This document shows, piece after piece, positions 1 through 10,900 of a stretch of 64,000 bases of DNA. Both the position numbers and the translations under genes were made by a program. This DNA comes from Blepharisma stoltei ATCC 30299 (Eukaryota > Protista > Ciliophora). The DNA is taken from the NCBI GenBank assembly GCA_965603825.1, contig CBFDEM010000028.1, positions 248,001 to 312,000 of the forward strand, written 5' to 3'. How positions within the stretch are numbered: position 1 is the stretch's first letter; each line of letters opens with the position of its first letter. The notes below the pieces were generated by a model. That model ran no database searches and had not been told where the DNA came from. It saw nothing but the letters and a program-made list of their open reading frames with translations.

Positions 1-316
1 CATAAGGTATAGGAGACATAATATCATAAAGTTTTTCATCAGTGAGCTCTTCTCTAGTAATTGTATCTATGCTTGTTTTTAATGATTGGACAGCTTCAGT
101 TTCAAAACTCGGAATATGTTTGTGGATTGGACTGTCTGGAGATGGAGGATAAAGGATTAAAAAAAATTTTCTGCAGACCAAAGAAAATTGATATTGCTCT
201 ATTGGCGTTAAATAAGGAATTATCAAATCTCAACTGGAAAATGAAGAAGCTGATATTTTTTCTTCAGAAAGCATGGGAGGATAGGCGATTATAGAAGAGC
301 TCCTGCAGCATCCCAT
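1..316 (-). CDS. Partial CDS (runs off the window edge): MGCC-start protein with an F-box-like segment
   Basis: ATG at 316. Frame stays open through TGA (230-232) to position 1: MGCCRSSS...SSW(TGA)DLIIPYLTPIEQYQFSLVCRKF, resembling an F-box. MGCC suggests myristoylation/palmitoylation. Confidence 0.6.
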
Positions 317-359
317 AAGTTTAATATTTGAAAGATTGAAATCAAAATGAATAGTTATT

Positions 360-1127
360 ATGTCAAAGGAAGCACCTGTTAAACTAATTTCAGCGAAAAA
401 GGAATATGTAAGAAACATGACGCCAGGGAAACTTACAAATTTAAACCAAATCCAGCCAAGCCATAATAATAGCAATGAATGCTTGCCACATCCAAGCATT
501 TTGGTTGGGACTAAAAGGATTTACCCTTTAAACTTCAAAGTCCCTCAGGATAGAAAGTTAGAATATTTCCATCGCCGTTACAAATCGTATGAAGAAGCTC
601 CAGAGTTTATGCATGAATATATGATGAATCCACTTAAGCCTCAGTTTGAAGCTAAAAGTGCTTTAAACGTCAATTACTCTTCGAGGCAATCTATTTGTAA
701 TAAACTTCATCATCATGAAAGATCTCAATCAACTGAACCGAGGATGAACCACCCTATAAGTCTGAAAGTGAAAGATTTTCAATATTCAAACAAAAATTCT
801 GACAATTCTTGTTATCCAAGTAAGAGTTTTTATAAACCTCATGTAATTTATATTACACCGAGGTCAAAGATTACTTTGTACTCTTCTTTTCCAATTAACT
901 TGAAGCCTGATCAAGCTAAGCCTCAGAATCTCTCACAAATGAGGACTAGAAACAGCAGCAAGTATTCTTTTCAAGATCGACCTGGATCAATTATGATGAC
1001 TCAACAAAAAGCGGCTCAGCCTGAAATCTTTCCAATAACTAAGCCTGCCTTAACATTTGGAGAAAAGATTCTAAGATTAAAAGAGCTTGTGATCGACCCA
1101 GTTGTAAAAGAGCAATCATTAATCTAA
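360..1127 (+). CDS. Hypothetical protein, 255 aa
   Basis: Uninterrupted ATG..TAA ORF between AT-rich spacers; no recognised domain. Confidence 0.7.
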   Translation: MSKEAPVKLISAKKEYVRNMTPGKLTNLNQIQPSHNNSNECLPHPSILVGTKRIYPLNFKVPQDRKLEYFHRRYKSYEEAPEFMHEYMMNPLKPQFEAKSALNVNYSSRQSICNKLHHHERSQSTEPRMNHPISLKVKDFQYSNKNSDNSCYPSKSFYKPHVIYITPRSKITLYSSFPINLKPDQAKPQNLSQMRTRNSSKYSFQDRPGSIMMTQQKAAQPEIFPITKPALTFGEKILRLKELVIDPVVKEQSLI

Positions 1128-1188
1128 AATTTATTATTTTAGGTATTAATTTGTATCAAAATTAATTTGCTAGCAAATTATATAATAA

Positions 1189-1914
1189 TTATTCAGTATT
1201 CCAGAGATGCAAGTTGTCTCTTATATATTCCAATATAAGAGCGCTATCTTTAAAAGACTCTTCATTGAAATCTACAATATACTCATTTGCTTCTTCAAGA
1301 ACACTGCTGGCAAGCTTGCAGGCCTCTTCTTTGTTTTGCAAAATTTCATAATAAAAGACTGAGAAATTCAGTTTCAGTCCAAGTCGGATTGGGTTCAGCG
1401 AAATTAGCTCAATCTGTGAAAGCCTATCAGCTTCTAAATACGCTCTAAGTGCTTTTTGAGAGTTTTCTTCTTTTTGTTCGTCTGTCATAAACTCGCACAA
1501 GTATCTGTGATAGTCACCTTTCATTTTAAAATAAAAAACAAGCGCTTCTCCAGAGGAAGAATTTGGGATTAATTTTGTGTCGAGAATTTCTAATATTTGT
1601 CGGCAATATCCATGTATTTCTTTTTCTACTTTTTTTCGGTAAATTGCTGCTATATCCATTTGATGGGCATGAGAAGAGTCTTTTTCCACCGACTCAATTG
1701 ATTGAAGGACTCTAAACGATGATCTCCGAGCAGAAACTACATTTTTATATGCAACTGATAGCATACTTCGTTCTTCTACTGATAGTTCTCTTGCAAGTTT
1801 TTTTGTGAATTCATAAAGAAGTTCTGCCATCTCGTCATGGCGGCCGGCTTGCTCTGAGACTCGGGCTAAATAAAGTAAAGTTTCACAGTCAAGTGATTTT
1901 TTATTAATTGACAT
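1189..1914 (-). CDS. 14-3-3 family protein
   Basis: Motifs LSVAYKNVVSARRSSFR, KMKGDYHRY, NPIRLGLKLNFSVFYYEI and RDNLHLW. Confidence 0.95.
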   Translation of the reverse strand: MSINKKSLDCETLLYLARVSEQAGRHDEMAELLYEFTKKLARELSVEERSMLSVAYKNVVSARRSSFRVLQSIESVEKDSSHAHQMDIAAIYRKKVEKEIHGYCRQILEILDTKLIPNSSSGEALVFYFKMKGDYHRYLCEFMTDEQKEENSQKALRAYLEADRLSQIELISLNPIRLGLKLNFSVFYYEILQNKEEACKLASSVLEEANEYIVDFNEESFKDSALILEYIRDNLHLWNTE

Positions 1915-2030
1915 TATAATTAAATATTTAAAAATACAACATAGGAAAAAATAACCAATTCAATTTTAATAGCAGTTTGAATAGGAGCTGGCAACTCTTG
2001 GCAAAATAAATGATATTTATATATTAATCA

Positions 2031-2423
2031 ATGGGATCTTCAGAAGAAGAAATAGTTAGACTACAACAAGAAGTTGAGCATTGGAAATCACTATATTTTC
2101 AAAGCCTTCAAAGAACTCAAGAGCTTGAAGCACAGCTAGGAATCAGCCCCAAAGAGTATAAGCCTCCAGGGCATGAAAGGCCTCATTCAAATAGGCAAGA
2201 AGATCATAAATCTTCTCAGACTAAAAATAAGCAAGGACCCAGTAATTTTTATTTAGAGTACATAAAAAAGCAAGATCACCAGTTAGATCATATAAAGAAT
2301 AAACTTAGGCTGGCGTGCTCGAATAATGATAAAGCTCTGCTAGAAGAGGCAATAAAAGAAGCTGAATTAGCTGGAATGAGTGACATTGATCACGCTAAGA
2401 GGAAACTGGCGTCACTAATATAA
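2031..2423 (+). CDS. Hypothetical coiled-coil protein, 130 aa
   Basis: Clean ATG..TAA ORF with a helical composition. Confidence 0.7.
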   Translation: MGSSEEEIVRLQQEVEHWKSLYFQSLQRTQELEAQLGISPKEYKPPGHERPHSNRQEDHKSSQTKNKQGPSNFYLEYIKKQDHQLDHIKNKLRLACSNNDKALLEEAIKEAELAGMSDIDHAKRKLASLI

Positions 2424-2656
2424 GAAGGCTCTTTTGGTTAATGACTTGATAAATAAGCTCAAGTGATTAGTAATTATGTCTGAGGAGATTTAAATTAGTG
2501 ATAAAATAGGGTTTTAACAGTGAGGATCAGATAAAAGTTAAATATGCTGTGATTTGCTAAAATATTCGATTAAAATAAGACTCTTTGCAGAATTTTTTTT
2601 TGCTTAAAACTAAAAACAGTCTACACTTCCATTTATTGATAATAAATTAATAAAAA

Positions 2657-4297
2657 ATGAACCCGCATTCAACGTTGCGCCTAACCGACCAAAAAAACAC
2701 AAAATCAACAGTAATCCCATTTAAGCTTATCCGATATAAGCCTAAAGTTGAGTCCCAAATTCTCATTACTAACCGAAAAGAATTAACAAAGTACATTCCG
2801 CATACTCCTAAACACCACCACACCTCTTCTTTGCAGCTTTCAAGTACCATTGATTCTTCTGTAAAAAAATCTTTTTCAACTGATATTTCTTCAATAGACC
2901 TAAATTCTTTCATAAAAGAAACCCCAAAAAAAAGCCTCAGCCCAAACATCTCCGCAAATATTTCACGTATCGAAACATTGAGGTGAAAACCTCAAAAATC
3001 TCTCCCAAAAATAAGCCTTTCTCAAATAATGAAAGATAAAAGAACAAATAATAAAGAGAGGACCAATGCAAAGGAAATTCAGACATCGCATTCATCGTCA
3101 TTTTCTAAAACATTTTCAACATTTTTAAATCAGCCAGAAACAATTAATTATCAGTGCATACCAAGCCAAGATGTATTTCACCCTATTATTTTGCCTGGGA
3201 TAAATATAGGCTCATGAGTTTTAAAAGAAACTCATGGGTCAAAGCCATGTAGCAGGGAAGGAAGCCAAATTGTGTATGCTAATAATAAAGTTTATCTTTA
3301 TGGTGGACAAAGCAGAACTTTGCATCCTGATATGAGGGAGCTTGATTTAATCACTTGAAATTGGAAAATAATTAATACACAATATGCACCACAAGGAAAA
3401 ATAGGCCATTCTGTTATTTTATACAAAAATAAACTTATAGTTTATGGAGGATACTCTTCACATGCAAAAAACGGAAGCAGAAGATGCTCAAGAAGATTGC
3501 ATATTTTGTCATTAAATGACTATAAATGGCAAACTTATTTAGGAAGTGGGGCAGTGCCTCCACCAAGGAGAAATCATTCAGCAGCCAAATTAGGAAAATA
3601 TATGTTTATCTATGGAGGGATTGGCCAAGATGGGATCCCATCTGGTGGTTTGTATATATTTGATATGAAGACTCAAGAATGAAAGCTGCCTGAAGTAGTC
3701 GTTTTTGATGATCCAGGCTGCAGAAGTCATGCTTCTTTAACAGCAGTTTTCGATGACGAAATCTTAAACGATAACAAACAGTCACTTTTTTTTAGTCACA
3801 AACAGTCAAATTCAATGGGAATTGCTAATAGCGGCTTTTATCTATTCGGCGGCTTAGACCTAAATGGCCAACCCTGCAACTCTCTGTTTGGGCTTTATTT
3901 AAGAAATGGCCAATTTATATGAATGGAAATTCGAGGAGGAAATAAAGCACCTCCTGCTCGTTATTCTCACACCGCAACTGCAATTAAGCATAAAATTTTT
4001 ATTTTTGGAGGCAGAAATGACAGCTTATTTCACACAACAGGAAACTCCTGCTTAGATGATGTTCATATATTTAACGTAGATACCTTACAATGAGATTCTA
4101 TAGAAATCTATGGAAATTGCCCTGAAGGCCGTTGGGGTCATTGTTCAACGAGTTTTGAGTCAAAGCTAATAATACTTGGAGGGATGAATCATAGGAACTA
4201 CATGTCTTCAGATTTCTATTATCTAGAAACTGATAGAAATCTTATAGATGAGAGTATGCTTTATGGAGACCAACTAGAAAGCAAATACGAAACATAA
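2657..4297 (+). CDS. Kelch-repeat beta-propeller protein with a low-complexity N-terminus (546 aa, six TGA=Trp)
   Basis: ORFs 2657, 3029 and 3497 share one frame joined by TGAs. Repeated R-x-x-H...(Y/F)GG...W kelch motifs (REGSQ..YLYGG, KIGHS..VYGG, RRNHS..IYGG, RYSHT..IFGG, RWGHC..ILGG). Ends at TAA 4295-4297. Confidence 0.9.
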
Positions 4298-4386
4298 TTT
4301 AAATATTTTTTGCTGAAATCTTGGCTTTTTACAATATATTTTTAGTATTAAATTTATTAATATAAATGGTGGTAATAATTTAAAAG

Positions 4387-5217
4387 ATGTCATCAGGAAC
4401 AAGCAGAGGATTTAGTCTGAGAAATGGTTTCCAAAGATACTTTTCAAGGAATAATCCTCAGAATTATAGGTTTCCCATTCCAAGGCAGCAAACGCCATAC
4501 TCATACGCAAAAATTGCTGAGTATATTGAGAAAGACTTAAGCAAAGCCGAAGTTTTCTACAGGCAAGCTATAGAAGATGGAGAAAGGCCAGAGTCAGCAT
4601 TAAAAGATTTAGCCGGGGTTTTACATCAACAAGGAAAAACCAAAGAAGCCTGTGAGCTCTTAGAAAGCCACAAACACTTGTTTGTGTCTGACCAAACTCG
4701 ATATGAAAATTTGCTAAAAAACTTGCAAAAACAAATTTTTCCTTCACAAAACACATTTAACAAAGCAGTCAAAATTAATGGGCTTGGAATCATGTCAGAC
4801 GAGCTCACAATCCGTGGGATGTTTCAGAATGCATCAAGAATTCTTCATATAGAAATAGGCTCCGAATTAGACTCAAATGGTAAAAATAAATATGCTGTAG
4901 TGAGATTTGCAAGCCACTCAGCAGCGAGGAAAACCTTAGAAGGGCTATTAGACATGACCAGATATAAGCTAGAATGGGTTTCCGTTAATGGAGAAATCAC
5001 TGGTGAAGTTGTTTTTGATAAATCAGCTACAGATGGCCACGTTATAAAGACTTCTCCACTCAAAGCAAGCTCAGAGCCAACTTATTACTCATACTTCGCG
5101 GATAAGCCTTGTCAACCGTTTGACGACATTGTTGATGAATTACTTGAGAATTCGATTTTCACTTATTTCAAAAAGCCTTCTTCTTTTGAGATGAGCAATA
5201 CCAATCATTTTAATTAG
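4387..5217 (+). CDS. TPR-like protein resembling the plant TDM1/MS5/SDI1 N-terminus, followed by an RRM-like domain
   Basis: PYSYAKIAEYIEKDLSKAEVFYRQAIEDGERPESALKDLAGVLHQ resembles the plant family motif ending RVDSALKDMA. An RNP-like segment follows (VKINGL...KYAVVRFASHSAARKTL). Confidence 0.65.
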   Translation: MSSGTSRGFSLRNGFQRYFSRNNPQNYRFPIPRQQTPYSYAKIAEYIEKDLSKAEVFYRQAIEDGERPESALKDLAGVLHQQGKTKEACELLESHKHLFVSDQTRYENLLKNLQKQIFPSQNTFNKAVKINGLGIMSDELTIRGMFQNASRILHIEIGSELDSNGKNKYAVVRFASHSAARKTLEGLLDMTRYKLEWVSVNGEITGEVVFDKSATDGHVIKTSPLKASSEPTYYSYFADKPCQPFDDIVDELLENSIFTYFKKPSSFEMSNTNHFN

Positions 5218-5281
5218 AGCGACAAAATTCCCAAAACATTAATTTAAGATTAAACATTAAAATTTTTTATAAAAGTCTCAT

Positions 5282-5546
5282 TTTTTTAGTAAAGGATTTA
5301 GACTTATTAATGGGGATTAAGCCCATTTTTGGCTTGTACTGAGCTCACCGTCTTAGGCCTTAAGTCAGCAATTACCAATCACTAGCGGCAAGATAAATAT
5401 AAGAAAAGCATAACTGATTTGCCATGATGGCAGAACCTCAACTGGGGAGAAATTAATATTCGCCTAGAATATTGAGTGTTTTCTGAAGGCAGCTGTTTTC
5501 GTAAGGGCCACAAGTCTAGGCAAAATGTCTATTTTTTAGTAAAGGA
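5282..5546. repeat. 15-bp perfect direct repeat TTTTTTAGTAAAGGA flanking a ~235-bp segment of higher GC
   Basis: Copies at 5282-5296 and 5532-5546. Internal inverted repeat TAGACTT (near 5299) / AAGTCTA (near 5512). Confidence 0.6.
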
Positions 5547-5690
5547 AAGCTGGAATATTTTCATATCAATAATAATTTTTAATAAGTGTAAAGATTATTT
5601 CCCAGCAATAATTTTCTTAATCTCCCATTTCTTTTTCTAATTGCGCGAACCAGATGAACTATTTTCCCTACTGTCATTATAAAGAATAAA

Positions 5691-6176
5691 ATGCATCAGT
5701 GCCAAGATTGCGAAAATATGATACCTCCTAACAGATTTAGGTGCCATTATTGTCACCAAAGAATACAAGAGGATCCCGAAATGCAAATGTTTGTGGCGGT
5801 AATGGATCTGGTAAAAGAAAGGGTTGCAATGTATAGTGATTTAATACAAAATCGTATCCTAATGGTAAAAGAAGACATAATTTCATGTGTTTCTGAAGCA
5901 ATTTTTAACTATAAGCAAACAATTGTCCAAAACTTAGCTAAGATAAACAGCTATATGGATATTGAAGATCAATATTACTTAGATGATGATATGATGGATA
6001 TTCCAGACCCCCAGAATATTATTGAGTATTTAGATATTCCACAAATGCAATTTAATTTAGACTCAAATGAAGTCCAAGAAGGTTTTAGGCAAGTTTTAAG
6101 AGGCAATTATGTGATGTTCAGAGAGCTTATAAAATGCACAGGAAAGCCTCCTGCCGATATTGGCGATATTGCTTAA
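5691..6176 (+). CDS. Hypothetical protein with an N-terminal CxxC...CxxC zinc ribbon
   Basis: ATG..TAA ORF; CQDC and CHYC pairs. Confidence 0.7.
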   Translation: MHQCQDCENMIPPNRFRCHYCHQRIQEDPEMQMFVAVMDLVKERVAMYSDLIQNRILMVKEDIISCVSEAIFNYKQTIVQNLAKINSYMDIEDQYYLDDDMMDIPDPQNIIEYLDIPQMQFNLDSNEVQEGFRQVLRGNYVMFRELIKCTGKPPADIGDIA

Positions 6177-6244
6177 AATAATTAATTATAAATTATGGGT
6201 TTTCTGGATTCAGAGTGAAATTTACACGTCCATTTATGGATTAT

Positions 6245-6316
6245 AATAAATATTTGCTTGATGACAAACCGATAGGGACAACTGATTGTGATGTTGTAGA
6301 TAGTATCTGATTTATT
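6245..6316 (+). ncRNA. Box C/D snoRNA, double guide for LSU rRNA sites equivalent to yeast Cm2337 and Um2347
   Basis: C box TTGATGA 6258-6264, D' CTGA 6282-6285, C' GTGATGT 6288-6294, D CTGA 6307-6310, terminal stem AATAAA/TTTATT. Guides GATAGGGACA and TAGATAGTA are complementary to the conserved LSU sequence UGUCCCUAUCUACUAUCUA. Confidence 0.85.
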
Positions 6317-6386
6317 AATTTCAAATGATGAACCAAGTTTGATAGGAAAGGCCGTCTGATCGTGCTGATAACTTTGGTCTGAATTT
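6317..6386 (+). ncRNA. Box C/D snoRNA, U49/SNORD49-like
   Basis: C box ATGATGA 6325-6331, guide TGATAGGAAAGGCCG 6340-6354 (pairs with LSU CGGCUCUUCCUAUCA), D' CTGA 6356-6359, C' GTGCTGA, D CTGA 6379-6382, internal stem ACCAAG/TTTGGT. Confidence 0.8.
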
Positions 6387-6538
6387 ACTTTATAATTTTT
6401 TTATAATTTCCTTATAATTATACCAAGTAAGTTAGTCTGTGGTAATGCTTAGGGATTTTGATGGTTAAATCAGTCCTCTCATCAACTTATCAAAGTGAGA
6501 TTTCACGAAAGCCATTTAAAGGTAAATTAAATATGAAA

Positions 6539-7870
6539 TTAAATTAAATTGTTTCTCTCTTGGAATTCTCTTATTTCAGCTGATGCTTGGTTTAAAGTTT
6601 GCTTGAGTCCTGCAATTTCTTTGTTTAAATCTTTATTTTCGATTTTCATCAAGGTCAAGCTGGTTTTCAAGTTATTTAGTTCTTCATCTAACACCGTGGC
6701 TTGGTTCTTATAAACGCTCGCTTCAGTATCTTTTATAATTAAGTCTTCATTTAAACTTGATATTTGGATTTGCTGATTTGCAAGAGCACCCTTAAGCTCT
6801 TTCGTGTCTGATTCTAATTTTCTATTTTTTTCTTCAAGTTCCAATTTAATGTTATCTTTCAATAATAAATTTTCATTTAATTCAGAGATTTGAATTTGTT
6901 GGTTTGCAATACTATTTTTAAGCTTGTCTACTTCTTTTTCTAATTCTTTGTTTTTTCATTCAAAGTCATTTTTTAATGACAAGCCTTCGTTTAAGCTAGA
7001 TATTTCCTTTTTTTGATTTGTGATGCTAGCTTTAAGCTCTTCAATTTCTTTTTCTAATTCATTATTTTTTGATTCAAGGCTTAGTTTTAGCTTATCTTTT
7101 GCTGATAAATTCTCCTTTAAGCTTGTTAATTCTATCTGCTGAGCAGCAATATTATTTTTAAGTTTTGCCATTTCTTTTTCTAACTCATTGTTTTTCCCCT
7201 CCAAGTCCAATTTCATAAAATCAAGACACTTGATATTTTCTATCAATTCGACATTTTCCCTTTTATAATGATTTTCAATCCGCTCTTGAATTGCTCCTTT
7301 AATTGTATTAACATCTTTCGAAATTTCAAACTTGTTGACCAAAAATTGTATCTTTAATAATAAATCATTTGGTGAGTTTTCTTCAATTTTTTGTCTTATC
7401 CTTTGTTTTAGGGATTTTGTTTCTCTTTTAATTTCCCTATCATTATATCTTGCCCGTAAATTTTTAATTTCTTGTTCGAGAAACAAATTCATATGGTTTT
7501 CTAGGCTGTCAACAGATTCTTTTACTCTTGCTAAATAATCTATGGTCGAAAAATATTCTTGGGTTTTTTCTGAGCAATTTGATAATAAATCGTTTTGGGT
7601 GTTTTTTATTCATGTAGAGACTGTATTTGAGTCTTGTATTTCTTCAATTAGGCTTGATGGAGCACCTACCACATTGGTCAGAAAGCTGATAAATTCAGAA
7701 AATCTTTTCTGTTCTTCGTCAATGTAGGAATTAAGAAGTTTATTTAGTTCAGATAGCTTTATTCTTTCTATTTTTTTCTCTCGTATAGCTTTCTGCAGTT
7801 TGAGGTTTTCAGCAGAGGAGGAAATGTCTTCATAAAATTTATTTGGATTTTCAGAATAGCAAGCTCCCAT
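6539..7870 (-). CDS. Coiled-coil repeat protein with an MGAC lipidation-type N-terminus (443 aa, TGA=Trp)
   Basis: Three ORF fragments in one frame joined by TGA. About four tandem ~42-aa repeats (K-L-x-L-E-x-K-N-x-E-L-E-K-E...Q-Q-I-x-I-S-x-L-N-E). Confidence 0.8.
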
Positions 7871-7993
7871 TTTTATGGAAGAAATCTGAGATGATTATGA
7901 ATAGCAATGATAATTATGGAGGATAACCAAAATTTAAGCATGTCTATGATTTAAACTATTCAGAAAGCTTTTATTTAAGAAAGAAAATATTTT

Positions 7994-10900
7994 TTAACTA
8001 TTCAAACTATCTTTTATGCTTTTAATATTTGACTGATTTCCTTCAGCATTCTCATCGTTTAGACTATTTTCAATTCTCTTATTAGATGCTTGAGAATTAA
8101 TCATATCAATTTCTATCTTTAAAATTTCAATATCTGGATCGTTAGAAATTTTGCTGTTGCTTTTCCTTTGTTTTGCATACTTATATATATAGCACAATGC
8201 TGTTTTAAAAACATTTAAGCACCAATAAACTAGAAAATAGCAATTAGCAATAATTATGAGAGTAAAAAAGAATAATTTGGCACTATAGCCAAGAGATCCA
8301 GTTAAATAAAATAATCCACTGTATATTGTTATAACACATACAATTTTTGCTTGCAATTCCATGCGGTTTAAGCTTGGCTCGATATAAGGGCTATTAGAAT
8401 ATTGAAGCTGTAAAAATATTGATAAAAGTATTGCAGCAATAAGTGCTTGTACCTTAAGTGCCATATTTGATAAGAAGACTGAGAGACAAATTAAAATAAT
8501 TTTGCTGTAAATAATAATAAATTCCCAGTAATAGCGCGATAATTGATACCCATTAAAAAGGAATCCAAACCGAAGTCTTACATTAAGCTCTTTCAAATGA
8601 TTTCTACTTTTCACAAGCGCAAATAAACAAACAGTTGGCAATAAAATTCCTCATATAATTATAGATGGCAATGAAACAACGAGAATATAAAAGATATGAT
8701 CATCATTTCAGCATCTAACATCAAGGTCTTCTTCTAGTCAGTATTCTCCATAATTAATTTCAGTGCAATTAAATGAAGCAAACATTTTTTTCACAATACC
8801 TGGATGCACTAAAAATAAAAGGATAATGCATGTAGAACAATAGTCATCCCAAAAATTCTTAAATGATTTTTGTTTGAATTTGATTATAATTCAAATAATC
8901 AAAGCTAAAATCGCCATGAAAAGTGGCAGCAAGGAAATAAGAATAAGACTCTTATAGTAAAGCAAGTCTCTTGAGCTTTCTTCTTGCAAAAGGCATTCAA
9001 AAGAATATAGTTGTTGGTAAACATAATCTGTGCTTGATTGGACTTGAAATATTTCTAAGACTTCTGAAGGCCAATTCAGCTTAAAAGTAGAAGTCAATAT
9101 AACCATCTGCAAGTAATTCAGCATAATTTTAATATAAATCGATGTTAGCTTTTTCGGCTTGAATGCTGATTTTATTGTTGTCAATACCATAATAAAAGCT
9201 AATGCTGATAATGCAACACATATTGCTATTGTAATTGCTAAATTCTTTACAAACGAAGGGCATTCTTTGCATTTATTGTTATTTGCGCGTGAGTAGCCGC
9301 TTTGGCATGATTGACACATGTTACCTTTATAGCCTGCCTGGCATAATCCAGTATAAGATAAATTTTTTGGATCAGGGGACCCTATGCAGGCATTGTAATT
9401 TGGACATTTTCAAAATTTATCTGTATAAACATTATCTCTCCAATACCCTTTCTTTGGAGTCATTGTATAATTTCCATAGCATTCTGCAGAGCCAGGACAA
9501 GCTAAGCATTGAGTTTTACTTGGATCTAAGCTATAATAGCCATATCCGCAGACCTCGCAGTTTTTTCCAGCCTTTATTTCTCCAAGTTCACAGCCTCTCA
9601 AATTAATTTTGATCAGCAAATATTGGTCAAAAACCGTATCATTTGTTTGCAGCTTCTTATAATTGTCGATAGCTGAGGAAAACACTCCAATGGTCACATT
9701 AATTCCTGGCTCATCTGAAATTTCGTACTGAGAAAAAGTGAAAATTCCTCTTACTGCTTTTACTTTGGTGACTCCTGTGATAATTGTACTTACATTTTTT
9801 GATTTTAATTCCCCTAGATTAATATTATCTGTTGCCACTATTTGATTCATACTGTCTACCAGTGCTACTTTTATGGGTTTCCTATTATCTTGTCCAGGCG
9901 CAAAGGATGATAAATTGAATATTGATATGGGGCTATCAGTTAAATGTCTATTGTTAGTATAGCCTTCCAAAGTTCCATTTTCACTTACACTCATGAGCTT
10001 TACTGGGTATGAGGAATAATCGTTCCCATAAATAGCATAATTATTCATGAAATAATTTTTCTCAAGACTTGGCTTTCAATCATCTCAATTGATAGCGCCT
10101 CCATTATAGGTTGCCATATTTCCTGTAAAATTGCATGATATGATTTCGAAACTACACTTAGAAATTCCTAAACAACTTAGCTTGATAGCTCCTCCAATAC
10201 CTTCAATAATTTGTGAGTCAATAAAACTTTCATTTGTTAACGCCTTATTTTCAATAAAGCTTGCAGAGGAAATGGATAAGCTTAAATCGTTTGCATATAA
10301 TGCACCACCAATAGGAGCAGAGTTGTTAATGAAAGAACTAGAGTCTATTTGATATGTATTCGTTTCAGATGTATCTAAGTCACTTTCAAAATACAATGCA
10401 CCCCCAGCACTTGATGCTGTGTTATTTTCAAATGAGCAAGCATTAATTTTGACATTACTGCAAGTTTTGCAGCAGATTCCACCTCCATATGCTCCACTGC
10501 CATTGCTGAAAGTTGATTGAGAAATATCTAATTCTTTCAAATAGCTACCATATATTCCAGATTTTACGTAGTCATTAAATATCGAATTTGCTATCACTGT
10601 TGGAGTTAAGAATACATAAATTACCCCTCCGGAGCCCAAGCTGCTTGACACTGATATTTTGCTTTTTTTAATTTGCAAGGAATTATCAAACCATGAATAA
10701 ATAAATCCACCTGGCTTAACAGAAGAAAAATGATTAAACTCTGATTGCTCAATTAATATATTGCTTGACGATGAATATATTGCACCTCCTGAGTCACTTG
10801 AACTTCCATTAGAAAAAATTGAATTATATATATACAAACTACTGCCAGCAGATAAATTAATAAAGCAGCCTTGAGCGCACGATTGATTAAAAAATTTACT

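Noticed and set aside
2439-2470. SECIS-like ATGA-CTTGA...TCAAG-TGAT hairpin
   Set aside because: The stem is only about 5 bp, and the upstream gene has no in-frame TGA.
6446-6456. TGCTTAGGG as a telomeric repeat or telomerase template
   Set aside because: It is a single imperfect match with no tandem repeats.
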